The notes under the pieces are model-generated. The model ran no database searches. It had not been told where the DNA came from and worked only from the letters and a program-made list of their open reading frames with translations. Positions 8,603-20,760 of a DNA stretch of 64,000 nucleotides are shown piece by piece (within the stretch, counting starts at the first letter, position 1; each line of letters begins with the position of its first letter). The translations under genes were made by a program, and so were the position numbers. Source of the stretch: Setoptus koraiensis. Lineage: Eukaryota; Animalia; Arthropoda. The stretch is from NCBI GenBank assembly GCA_048013815.1, contig CM106585.1, forward strand, positions 11,222,001-11,286,000. The letters run 5' to 3'.

Positions 8603-11600
8603 AGATAATCTACTAGGTACTGTTCGACAAATACGATTTAATTCCTAGATATGTGAAACAATATACAACAGAATAACAACAACAAAATACTTATGCTTAA
8701 AACAATATATACAGTATATAAATATACATATATATATAAATATATATATATACATATAAAGGTTATATGTATGTACGCAAATGACAATATTTAGCAGGCC
8801 GTAACAAGCAAAAAAATATATTTAATTTCATCATCATAAACATCCATCTAGTTTTTATCTTGTCTGGGTCAAGTAAACTCAGATGGATGGATCAGTATTG
8901 GATGGGCTAGTGTGTAACCGGACTAAAGAATGTATCGCATCAAGCATATTGCACCCCTGTGTATACCATGAGGATTGGGCCGCTCGCTACAAAATAGCTA
9001 TTAATTGGCTAGTAAATTTGCAAATTTAAATTGGTAATATTCTCTCAGAACTACACCACCAACACCACCAATGTATTGACTGTATCTATATGTATCTATG
9101 TGATGTTCAACTTTAACCAGTGTGTGTAAGATATATAGCTGCTTTTCACTATGTGTATTGTTGCAGAGAAGAAGCCGAAAAAGAAGAACAAGAGGAGAAA
9201 AAATAAGAAAAAGGACAAACCAACATGTTGTCGCTTCACTAACTGACTAATATAGACTGAAAATATAAACAATAATAATTATCACAAAAAATACTGTCAC
9301 TTTTGACTGTGGCAAGTCATCTATCAAAGTTGACCCCTTAAAGTGTCTGCTTGTTGTGTCGAGCTTTAAATCATAATTGATGTTAAGGGCCCACGAGTGC
9401 CCCAGGCGCGTACCTCTACGGTTCAACCTATTGTTAGTTGAAGACTCGTTTTGGCAAGACAGACGAACACAAGTATGCAAATTGTGGGGCCTCTGTTCTT
9501 TTCTTGCCATTGCCACTGTCTACATCATGAGTTAGGTGGCGGATATTTTTAGTTGCATTGGGCCACTATTAACGGGTTTCCCACTGTTCCTTGATCTCTT
9601 GTGGGCCCATGCTGCTCACGCATACAATAGATTTGGCTACAACAACTAATCTCTGCTAGATAAAACAATGCGCTTGACACAGCTTTGTTGCTGTTGGTGA
9701 ATTGTTATTGCTGTTTTGGTGGTTGTGGTTGTTGCGGATGAACACCAAGTGGTGTGCGCTAAGTGGTATACATATATATATATGATTTCAATCGGCGAGC
9801 CTGGTGGGATTATGACGATGAAACTTTTAGGAGCATGCAAAGCGGGCGGACGAGCGGGCGGGCTACTTAGCGCCATCAGGGGCACCATTGCAACTGGCAA
9901 CTAACTATCCGACAACATTATGTGCACAAGCTGTTAGCTGAACCACTTACGCCTCCATCTAAACAAAAGCGTCTGCACAAAAGGGTCTAGGGCAAAAGGA
10001 TTTGGGCTGCAAAAACTGGCTGCTCTCCGTTTGATGGAGGCGCTTAGAAGCGAGCGAAGGGGCCGTAATTGCGCTTGTGTTCCTTGTGGGGCCCTTCATG
10101 CTCCAATGGTTAGTGGTTGCAGTGGTAGCTGTTGGTGCAGTGTCAGGCAGCGTTAATTTTGCTTCTACACGGGCTTCTTTTTTACTACAAGCTACTATCA
10201 TGCAAGAGTTACAAGCTCGACGTTTTATTAATATGTTTTCACTGACGACGATGATGAGTTCTTTCACTTGTGAGCATCCTGTTTTGAGTTGTGCCCGGAC
10301 TTTGGGTGACACAACACAACGCACAACGGCAGCGGCTACACTGCAAAAGGCGAGCAGGGCAAAAGTAACGGTCATATTGGCCTCGTTAAGAGATATTGAT
10401 TGATCGATCGATCGTGTTGTTGCTGCTGCTGTTAGTTGCGAAATAATTGATACTGTTTGGCAGTGATTGTATCATTTATTTGATCGCTTTTAGTCGCTTG
10501 ACCAATCGTCGTTGTCGTCAAGTAGCAAAGGAGGCGTCGTTATCGCTTAGTTTGTCGCATCAAATTTTCTAATCGCGCTCTTCTGGCTACATTTGTCTGA
10601 TATGATATCGGTGATATCTGACTGATAGCCTAACTGCTGCCAGGCTAACTGGCAGTCTAAAGAAGCGAGCCTCACATTGCGAGCCACTAACGTCGATCCA
10701 ACGGTTGGTCATTAGTTATTGGTTGGCAGTTGGCGCTTGCTGATGGCCGTTGCGGGCCAATGGCCCTCATTATTGGTGCATCCACTGAGAGGTGGATGCA
10801 CCTTGACGATTATCGACGAGATAATTGCGCCGAGCCACACACACACACACACACACACACACAATACGGCTAAAATACGAATCGAACCCTAAATCACTAA
10901 ATATAAATAAACACAAATACAATCAGCTCACTATATCCGCCGGGTAGCCTTTTAGTTTTTCAACACTGTCTGACATTCGTTAATCTTCAACTGGCACACA
11001 CACACAAATCTAGCGCTCGCTGATAAAAATAGTGGCACGTAAACAAGCAAGTTTGTTTCAAGTTTGTTGCGAAAAACTTGTTACGAATGCTGCCTGTTAA
11101 CGCGCGCATTAGTGCACCATCAAAGCGTGTGTGAGCTGACCGAAAATCGGCTACTAATTTTACATATTATATGTATATTTAAAATGGACAACATCAGGCA
11201 AGATTGTCCATTAGTGAGGTGTCTCGACAAGACTCTTGTTTGTGTGTCGTTGTGCTTGTGGCCCCGTATCAAGCATCTCGCTCATGGTCCTTAACCTTAA
11301 TCAACAACGCACAGTCGATAGTACTTGTCTAGACACTGTCTAGCAGACAGTGGCTAATGAACGGCGACCTCTATGTAACATTACATAATAGAACATAGTA
11401 TACTGTCGACGTGTTGGCAATTAATAGTTAGAATGATTCGCATGGTGGCTCTTGCCGTCTGGCCAGGCTCACTGGCCAGACGGAGTTTTTCTGGCGCGCC
11501 GCACGTTGTCTCACAACGTTGTTGTCCCGAGCAAGTTGTCCTGTCATAAAAGTCATCGAGTCTCTCCTCAGCTGTTTGATCACGGTCGCTTTTTGCAGCT

Positions 11601-14600
11601 CTTATTTACGTCAAGTTGTCATAAATACAACTTATAAAAGACCAACAATTTTGACTGTTGGACATTTATTCCCATTGGTCCGATTTATGCCGCGCCGAGA
11701 GCCACTGAACCGGACAGCCGCGCTCGAGACGATCGCCAGCAACTTACTAACACTTAATACACTAACACTAAATAGATATATTAACAGATTAATTGATTAA
11801 TAGATATATAAAGTTATGTGATCGCTCCATGATGATCTTTCGCATATGTGGAGCGTCGAAAATTGATTGCTATCATCTGCATTTGGGCACAGTTTGCATT
11901 CACAGATGAGCAGCGCTGTCGGTTTGTTCACAGGCATCGTAGTCACAAATTATAATAATAATCTTTAATCTGGCCGGTATTATCTGGATTGTTGTTAAGG
12001 CACACAGTTGATACGCTGCCACTGAGACCTGCCCTGCTCGATAACTGCTCGATAATGCGCCCGCCGGCGGATCCACAACGGATAGCTGCATTATTTGGCC
12101 GCCTATGCCTCACTACTTGAGTTTTTAATCTCTGGCGTTAATATACTCGAGCTTTACAGGTTACACGTCGCGCCCAGCAAAGCAAGCTAAACACCTTGGT
12201 GTACAGAACAGTGGCCCGGAGTTGGCCTTAGCCAGTTACCATACAAGAGAACGGCAGCTGGATTCGGCACATTTGTTGCAGGTTTTATTCAGATGAGTTA
12301 TATATTAATTGTATGATTACGCAACCATTATTTGTGGTCTATTGTTTGTGTGAACGTCACCATTGTTGTTGATGTCGTAATTAATGCAAACTGATTTGTG
12401 TGTGTCAATCAAATGCTACTTTTGAATTGATCACACTCGATCAACAACAGCAACAACAAACAAACAAATCACTGCACGGCAAGTGTGAGATGTTAAACTT
12501 ATTTCGAAAACTTATCAATCGTCAGAAATCACGGCTGCCGCAATAAATCGCTGCATCTGTCATCATCATACAGCTTTAGATTTCTCATTAGGACTCGCAT
12601 GAATCTGATGCTTGTAGCCAATGCTTGTAGCCAATCAACCAACGCCAACGCAATGCCCAACTAAACAAACAACCGATAACCTTATCAGCTTAATGTGCCT
12701 GAATGGCTTATCGATGATGTAATACGTGCTAGCAAGACACACAGGTAACATGGGACAAGCGACATTAGATCTGTGCCTCACAGCATGTTGCCAGCAGTGA
12801 AATGGCTGATCCATTGCACTGACGGCACTAGGCTACAATAACGAAGCTGGCAAGATTTACCAATTAGTCAGACGATAACATTCAATTAATGGTCATTATC
12901 GATCGATTGCGTGTCTAACAACAACAACATGAGTCTATTAACAAGTAAAAGTGCTGCTAGTCATGTTTAATTATCGTCATCATGTGTTGTTGTTTTGTGT
13001 CTTCTTCTTTTGCTTCGTCTTCCATGCTAATGGTTATTACAATTGAGCACATAAGCGACATAATTCTGTAAACTGTTTTGACACTATGTGACTGAACTTT
13101 GACATATATGACTGGTGCATCACAATGAGCACAAACAATCTGACGATTGTCTGCTCTGACTGAATCGTTTTGTTTTATTTTGTACCGGCACGTCTCAGGT
13201 GATGATGGCAAGATGACTTTGTTTGTGTTGTTGTGTGTGTATCTTACGGATGTGTCTGTATTTTACGGATGTGTCAGTGTATTACGGATGTGTCAGTGTC
13301 TCGTGTATGTGTCAGTATATTATGAATGTGTCAGTAGTGCCCATATAGCACCGCCAATCATGGATGTAAACATATGCGGCAAAGGTGAGCCAATGTTATG
13401 TCATAAACATGAGCGAGGCATCAAGTAATAAATCATAAGTTATAATTGTCGAGTTATAGCAACAATTTACAGAAAATCACCACTCAAGATCGATTGCGAT
13501 ATCAATCATAAAATCAGTGATTATAGTTGCACCGTTAATCGCATTGACCGTTGCAAGACCCTCCAAAGACCGTTCAAGTCAATGATCTGTCGGTGGCAGT
13601 AACAGATGCAAACAAAAGGGCACAAGATCGCTACAATTGCCGTCACGTCCAGCCATCTCATCCATCAAACGGGCACCCTGTTCATGGTGCAGCTAGCCAA
13701 TTAAGACAGCAGAAACAAATCAGAACAAACGATCAAGACGTCAACATCGGCTAGCGGTATTGTGTTAGACTGTATGAATCAGTAGCATCCAAGCAATGGC
13801 ACAACAACAAAGCAAATAGTTCCCTATTGATCGTCGACCAAACAACAACAATAACAACGAATCATTCGAATCGCAAGTTCATCATCACACACAACAAACA
13901 CAATAATATACTGATTGTGCCAAGGTAAGCTATAGCGGCGTCACTAGATTATTTGTGCCACTATTTAACCTCGCGGAGCTTGCATTTTGTGGCATTGGCA
14001 CTCGCATACATTTGGCCAGCTTGTTATGTTGCGCAACACAGTTGCGGACGCATATATTTTCAGATAGATCATGATGTATTGTGTGAGTGTGAGCTGCAGC
14101 TAAACTTGACCGTCGCAACACCTTGTTGAGTTACCTGTATGTCTGTCGTAAGGAACTGCCTTAAACAACCTTTGTGGCGTTCGTGTGTGTCTTACAATGT
14201 TGCCAAGATCATCCGAGAGAAGAAGCTCCGGGCTTGCGACTGTGCTGCTAATGGCACTGTGTTGATGAAGACGGGATAACGAAGCGAGTTGTGTTTACTT
14301 TGTAAATGGCATGCATAATAATCAAAGGATTAATCATAAATATCATACTTCGATTGTAATGGATTGCGATGGCCAACACTCTGGCTGCTGCGAGTCCCGT
14401 GAGTGTGTCTGCAAAAGATAATGTGATAAATGAATAGACGGCTGCCACCATTGTATAACCCGATGCCCCTTCGTTCGTCTCTCGCCGGTGTCATGTGTCT
14501 ATGCTGCAGCATCTATAGACATTTGCTGCTCTGTCTATTCACGATATTCAATTTTTTTCCTCATTCCGGGCTCCCACTGCCGGCTGGCAAAACCGCTCGC

Positions 14601-15240
14601 TGCTGAATAAAACTACCGGCATGTTGAGCGCAAGGCGACATTGTGCGAGGTTGTGTGGCTTCAAGTTGAATGAATGGATCTAAAGGGTCAAGCTAGCGAT
14701 GTAGATAATCGTGCCATCGCATAATAAAAGAAGTAAGCATAATGAAGCCACTATAAATAACTGTTCGTCATTGCATCACTACAACATTACACGTTTGCTC
14801 ATGCTGCCACTGCTACTGCCATTACATCGCAACACAAAAGAAAATATCTTATATCTATGCCAGTCACCAGATTCTAGTGTATGAGTGTACTTTGCAAACA
14901 CCGTTAGCTCACCGTGATGCAAAAGCGCCAAAAATAGTGACTCTAATAAGTGAATTCAAATATATTTATAAAGTGAATTGTTGATTAATTGAATTACATT
15001 TGAATTTTGTCTTTTTTCAGCACTCGTTTCACACGCACACACAAGTGAATTAAATCAAAGCTGAACAGTTATCAGTGCAAACCTTAGCCAATTAGCCTCC
15101 CTGCGAGCGCCGACAACAATCAATTAATTGAATCAGTCAATTAAGCAATAATTAATTAAATAACTGCAAGAAAAATAACGAGAAATTTGCGCAAAAACAC
15201 TCCGGCACAGAGCATTGGACAATCAGCAAGAATATCATGC

Positions 15241-17251
15241 ATGATGAGAATGTTTAACTTTTGTTGTTTCATTCCATTGACGGTGCTCCTCAGTCGTAAG
15301 TACACTGACTAAATTACATTGGAGTCACCAAACGCCGGCGTGATGCAATGATCGCAATCGAACCAGCAAGACAACAATACTAAACTAACTAAAATTTCTT
15401 CTCTTTTTTCCACCAAAATCTTCTCTTTTCATCAACCAAAATCTCCCCTTGCGGCGTGCAGAGGCTCTTAGTATCCACGGCAAGCAGCAGATTACCGATG
15501 CTCAATATAACCAACTCAACAATACAATCGCGTCATCACAGCTCGATCAGCCACAATCGCAGCTCAAAGGAAGCTCACTGAGCGAACAATCTTATCTGAA
15601 ATTGACTTCGCCAGTGGGAAAATCAAATGACAACCATGAGCCAACAACAGCGACTGCAGTTGCACAAGAGCAGCTAGAATCGCAACAATCTAGCCAAGTG
15701 TTGAGTCCTATTAGAAAAATTACCTCTAGAAGTGAGAATCGCAGGTCCCAAATTGAAGTCAGCTCAGTGGCGGCGAAACGAGGACGCGCAAAGACCAAAG
15801 GCACAAAAAATCGCTATGACGATGACAAGAAGAGCCCAAAAGTCAATAGCCGAAAAGATGGGAGCAAGGATAATTCGGCCAACAGGTCCACGCGAGAGGT
15901 GCAACGGAAAAAGATGAACAAAACCATGGCGGCCATCAATAATTTAGGTGATCAGTGGTCAGTTGTGAAGCAAAAACAGAACACTATCACCACTGTTTCC
16001 ATGCAACAACTGAAAACTTTAGATAGCAAACTAATCAACACTTACAGGCAATGCCAAAAGAAAAGGCTCTTCTTCTTTGGCGGCATGCTATACAGAACTA
16101 GAGATTTTGTTGTCAGGTTATACAAGGATGCAAAATCAGAAAGAAAAACATTAGAGGCGATGGCGAAACAAGTTGAAACAAATAGAAAAAAAATGATGGC
16201 CGATAATGGTATTCAATTAGCAAATCTCATTATGGAAGATGAAACAACAAAGTCAGAAGGTGGCTCAAACGGAAGCAATAGACAGCAAGAAAACAACTAC
16301 ATTGATGCTGATAGTAGCGACAATAAAAGTGATAATAAAAACAGTGTTAGTGATAATAATAAAAGTATCAGCAAGAGGCAGGTCTCGTCGTCTGGCGTAA
16401 CCCTCAAACAAGAATCTTATGTCTACTCAAAGACAGCAATCGCTGAAACACTAATTATGAAAAATGCCGACCAATCACCATCAATCGCCAGGCCACAAAC
16501 TACTAAAGAGGCTCTGACCAAAGGCAAGTCTAAAAACATCTATATAGGCGATGCGAAGTTGAGACGCCAATTAGATCACGCTCAGGCTCTTATAGATCGC
16601 ATACGCAAATCGAGCGCCGAATTGAACTCGATTGTGGACGACGTAGTTTATGTGTTTAAATTGGACGGTCATAAGAACGCGACTAGAAAAAGGGGCGCCT
16701 CTGCAAGCCAGACAACTTCCGATGCCAAAAACAAAAAGGACAAATTGGAATACAAGTCGCCCATCAAAGCATTCCTTGAGAGATATGGGGAGATGTTTCG
16801 GACGCCAAAGAAGCAGAAAAATGCGCCTGGATTGACAAATGATAAGCCGAGCAACAGCACAGGTAGAGGCAGTAGAATCTCGCAGAAATTGATTGAGAGA
16901 AACAATGATAAAGACGATAGTACTAAGGATGAGGTTATTCTCCTCGATCAGGATGCTCCAGATACAACAACTACGTCTCCGTCGGACGATTATTCTCCGT
17001 CGACCAGCATTACCAGCAACAAAAATAAAAATTCAACTGCTACTGTTTCTCTTGCCCGTCCACTAACGATACACCCAAGCTACAACATCAGTCCGTTGAT
17101 GGATATGAGTGATTCAATCAATGTTAGCAGCACTCTAGATTATGATAACGTTGGATTTGGTGAATCCGGTGATGCGTCTGTGATCAGAACGACTTGGCTC
17201 GAGGAAACTCACAGTAGCAACACGACGGTGTATCACATAAACAAGAGATAG
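15241..17251 (+). CDS. Secreted orphan protein, ~614 aa, K/S/D/N-rich; join(15241..15295,15462..17251)
   Basis: Exon 1 encodes MMRMFNFCCFIPLTVLLS then C|GTAAGT. The acceptor follows a long pyrimidine tract (CAG at 15459-15461), and the phase-1 join gives ...LLSQALSIHG, a signal-peptide-like N-terminus on the 600-codon ORF. No family recognised. Confidence 0.7.
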
Positions 17252-17369
17252 CCTACTGTATATTGTTGTGTGAAACAAATGTAAAAATAGTGTATGTATA
17301 TTTTTTTTCCTAAAAATTTGGTATAAACAGGATATATTTGCTCCCACGTTACGTAACAATAGATAGTAA

Positions 17370-17660
17370 AGAGGGTGTTGAATTTTTGGGCTACAATTTT
17401 AAACAATGATGTTAGAGTCGTAACTCTTTTTTCGTCCGATAGAGTTCTACCAGGTGAGTGTCCTGACCACCCCACTTCCGGTTGGCACGCCCCCTTCACC
17501 GCGAAAATCGCGGTTTTGTGTCTTTTTTTTCGGACTTCCAGTTCTGGAGCTTCGACCTAACTTCTGGTGCCCGGCGGCACCATCCCTATGAAGAGTAAAA
17601 CGAAAAAAAGTTCGAAAAACCATGTGGAACACCTCCAAAATCCGTTTCGAAGGGGCTCCT
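17370..17660. mobile_element. Possible non-autonomous DNA-transposon/Helentron-like fragment
   Basis: Non-coding. Carries motifs of the type seen in arthropod MITE/INE-like repeats (CACTTCCGGTT, GGACTTCCAGTT...GCTTCGACC), similar in style to 1528-1660. Termini and TSD not established. Confidence 0.25.
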
Positions 17661-18064
17661 TTTTGTTCATTGTGCGTGATTTGTGCTCACTGCGCTTGAT
17701 TCAAATAGCACAGAATGTGAAAAAATCACGCACAATGGGCAAAAAGGGACATGGTGCACATGATGCCCATACTCGCCCCATGCGCGGGTACGGGAGATCA
17801 TGGGAGCTCCCTCACATTTTCCCAGCACACAGCACTCGAAGCACACAAAGCAATTTTAAGTGAATCAAATTTAGCGCTCAGTTCTGCGCAGAGGGGTAGG
17901 CATTTTTATCTTCCCATCGTCCAAATATTTACTGACAGGGGTGTATATATATACAACAAGCTTATTTAATCACAAATTGATAGTCTCATCATCACCACCA
18001 CCAACAACAATTTATATACACATATGTATATGTATCTTATTAATTAAAAATAAACACTATCACA

Positions 18065-20380
18065 ATGGCTACCCGAGTATCAAACTCGCAGCAGCAACAG
18101 CCAAAATTGTATGGAATGTCTATGCCCATGTCCGTTAAGGAACCAGAAGAGAATGATTTCAAGATGACTAACGAATTAGAGGCCTGCCTACGTAGATTTG
18201 ATCTGTTTGAGACTGACCAACAAATGGAGCACAGAATGCGGGTACTAGGCAAAATAAATGAGCTCTCACAGAGATGGATCAAAGAGGTATCACTTAATAA
18301 AAAATGTCCACCAGAATTTGCTGCGAGCTGTCAGGCTAAAATATTTACATTTGGATCTTACAGATTAGGGGTGCACACTCGCGGAGCTGACATTGATACT
18401 TTATTAGTGGCGCCCAAACATGTTGATAGGTTAGATTTTTTTAGATCATTTCAACAAATGCTCAACAAATTGGCAGGCGTTGAATACGTGCGTGCCGTAG
18501 AAGAAGCCTTTGTACCGGTCATTAAAACCAAAGTTGATGGAATTGAATTAGATATATTATTTGCTAGGCTTAACCTACGCACCATACCTCCCGATCAGGA
18601 CCTTAGCAATTCTGAGCTACTTAGGGGCCTTGAACCCGCTAGCGTTAGGTCACTCAATGGTTGTCGGGTCACCGACGATATACTGCACTTAGTTCCAAAT
18701 CATGAAGCCTTTAGGTTGGCACTTAGGGCTATTAAAATGTGGGCTAAAAAGCGTGGAATATACTCAAACGTGCTGGGATATTTGGGTGGTGTCTCATGGG
18801 CTATGCTCGTAGCTAGGACCTGCCAATTGTACCCTACTGCCGTTGCTGGCACCATAGTTAACAAATTCTTTTTCGTATTTCAAGATTGGCCCTGGCCCAA
18901 GCCTGTATTATTGAAAAATCTTAATCAAGACGCCAATTACACCAATCTTGGCTTTCCAGTTTGGGACCCAAGAACAAACCCAGCTGACAAGTATCATGTG
19001 ATGCCAATTATAACACCATCGTATCCTCAACAAAATAGTACATTCAATGTAACACGTTCAACCAAAGCAATTATGATCAGTGAATTCAAAGCAGCTTGGA
19101 CAACTACAACTGATATAATTAGAGGATTGAAACCATGGGACGCTCTTTTTGAGCCTATTGATTTTTTCAATTCTTATAAAAATTTTATAGTTCTATTATC
19201 ATCATCGCAACCAGAATGGGTAGGACTTGTCGAATCCAAGATTAGGATTCTTGTACAAATTCTTGAACAACACTCTGTGATAGTACTGGTACATACATAC
19301 CCCACAAATTTTAAACGAGAGATTGATATACTTCCGGAGGCCTCACCAGTAGCAGCATTGGAGCAGCAAGAAAACTCCATGGAAGAGCCGCAGCGCCAGG
19401 GCCAAGAGGAGATGACCAATCAAGTGTCTACTCCTAGGCCTTTAGACACATTACAAGAGCAATCATCAAGTTCACAATTACTTTCTCAATCTGATAATTC
19501 TGTCTTTATGGGTTCCATTAGCGGCGACGCAAGTACCGGTCAAGCAAATGATACACATTTTGCACCAACCGAATCATCAGTTGACAATGGTCTACTTCAG
19601 CAAGTAGAAACTGAAGAAGAAAAGTTAAGACAACAGCAAAATCATCAATCGGAACAGGTCCAAACTAAAGCGAAGGAGGAGCAAACAATGTGGTTCATCG
19701 GCCTCGAATTCCTTCCTCCTCCTATTAAATTGGATCTGACCGATGACATAGCTAGCTTTAAAAATGCAGGTAAGTAACTCGTGTTGGTTTGCTAAGTACC
19801 ATCATATGTATTTTGTCGCCATCTAAACTTTTACTTATGAACTAAAATGTGGAATTGCAGTGGTACACAAACATATGAGTGCAGCCGATCTATCTCGTCA
19901 TAGTACGTGCAAAGCCTACTATTTATTTACTATATTATATACTATTACCAAGTTATTCCATGCGACTAATCAATAATTATTGTTTTCTATGTACTCATTA
20001 CACATTTATAAACAAATACTATTTATTTAATTTTTCTTCTCTCGCCATTATCAGTTGAAAGAAGCTCTCAAAGCTTGAGTAATCTCTATAATACCGACGA
20101 TCTTAAAGTATCTATTAAATTTTGTAAAAGGAAGCTGCTCAATTTATACTTAGCTCCGGAAATCCTAAGAGCGTCCAACTCGCCAACTTCCAATGCTAAC
20201 CGTTCGCGTACTGAATCTATGAGGAGATCAGCTTCTAACTCTAATAATCGATCAACACCTGACACTACTCCACAAGCGTCGTCAAACACTACCACCAATT
20301 CACAAGCCCAGTCGAATCCAACCACCATAACCAATAATACCAATGATAGTGCGACGACTAAGCGCCACAAATATTCTTAG
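18065..20380 (+). CDS. PAPOLA: Canonical nuclear poly(A) polymerase, ~676 aa; join(18065..19769,20055..20380)
   Basis: FGSYRLGVHTRGADIDTLLVAP nucleotidyltransferase motif, GYLGGVSWAMLVAR, HVMPIITPSYPQQNSTFNV, MWFIGL. The GT-AG join gives FKNAVERSSQ...KVSIKFCKRKLL, colinear with the metazoan PAP C-terminal region. Confidence 0.95.
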
Positions 20381-20406
20381 GAGTAGTGTTAAATATTTAG
20401 AAAGAA

Positions 20407-20760
20407 ATGGGAACGTCACAGTTCAAGCTAGTTTTGGTTGTTCGAAAAGATCTTTCGATGGGCACTGGAAAAATAGCAGCTCAATGCTCACATGCTAGCA
20501 TACAAGCTTATAAGAAATGCAACAAGTTACTACAATTTAAATGGGCCATGAGTGGACAAATGAAGGTTGTTGTCAGTTGTCCGGACGACAAGGCCATGTT
20601 AGAGATAAACGAAAAGGCCAAATCGATGAATGTCCGTACGAGTATTGTCCACGATGCGGGCCACACACAAGTTGCTCCTGGCTCTATGACTGTTTTGGCA
20701 GTTGGACCCGGCCGTAGCGAAATTGTAGATCAAATTACTGGCCATTTAAAACTGTTGTGA
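20407..20760 (+). CDS. PTRH2: Peptidyl-tRNA hydrolase 2 (PTH2/Bit1 family), 117 aa
   Basis: KLVLVVRKDLSMGTGKIAAQCSHA, QMKVVV, VHDAGHTQVAPGSMTVLAVGPG, VDQITGHLKLL are PTH2 signature blocks. Confidence 0.95.
   Translation: MGTSQFKLVLVVRKDLSMGTGKIAAQCSHASIQAYKKCNKLLQFKWAMSGQMKVVVSCPDDKAMLEINEKAKSMNVRTSIVHDAGHTQVAPGSMTVLAVGPGRSEIVDQITGHLKLL

Noticed and set aside
9167-9246. Polybasic + CC segment (KKPKKKNKRRKNKKKDKPTCCRFTN*) after a TTGCAG acceptor, resembling a lipidated C-terminus
   Set aside because: No compatible phase-1 upstream exon was found, and the purine-rich tract gives plausible peptides in all three frames.
9959-10375. Minus ORF with a signal-like start and PFCADAF, reminiscent of CCAP (PFCNAFTGC)
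   Set aside because: It lacks the NAFTGC-GKKR core, and the segment doubles as a polypyrimidine splice-acceptor-like tract.
14135-14408. Two small minus-strand exon candidates (14408-14349, 14256-14135) with GT/AG ends and a joinable open frame
   Set aside because: No recognisable product and no start or further exons; splice-like motifs alone are common.
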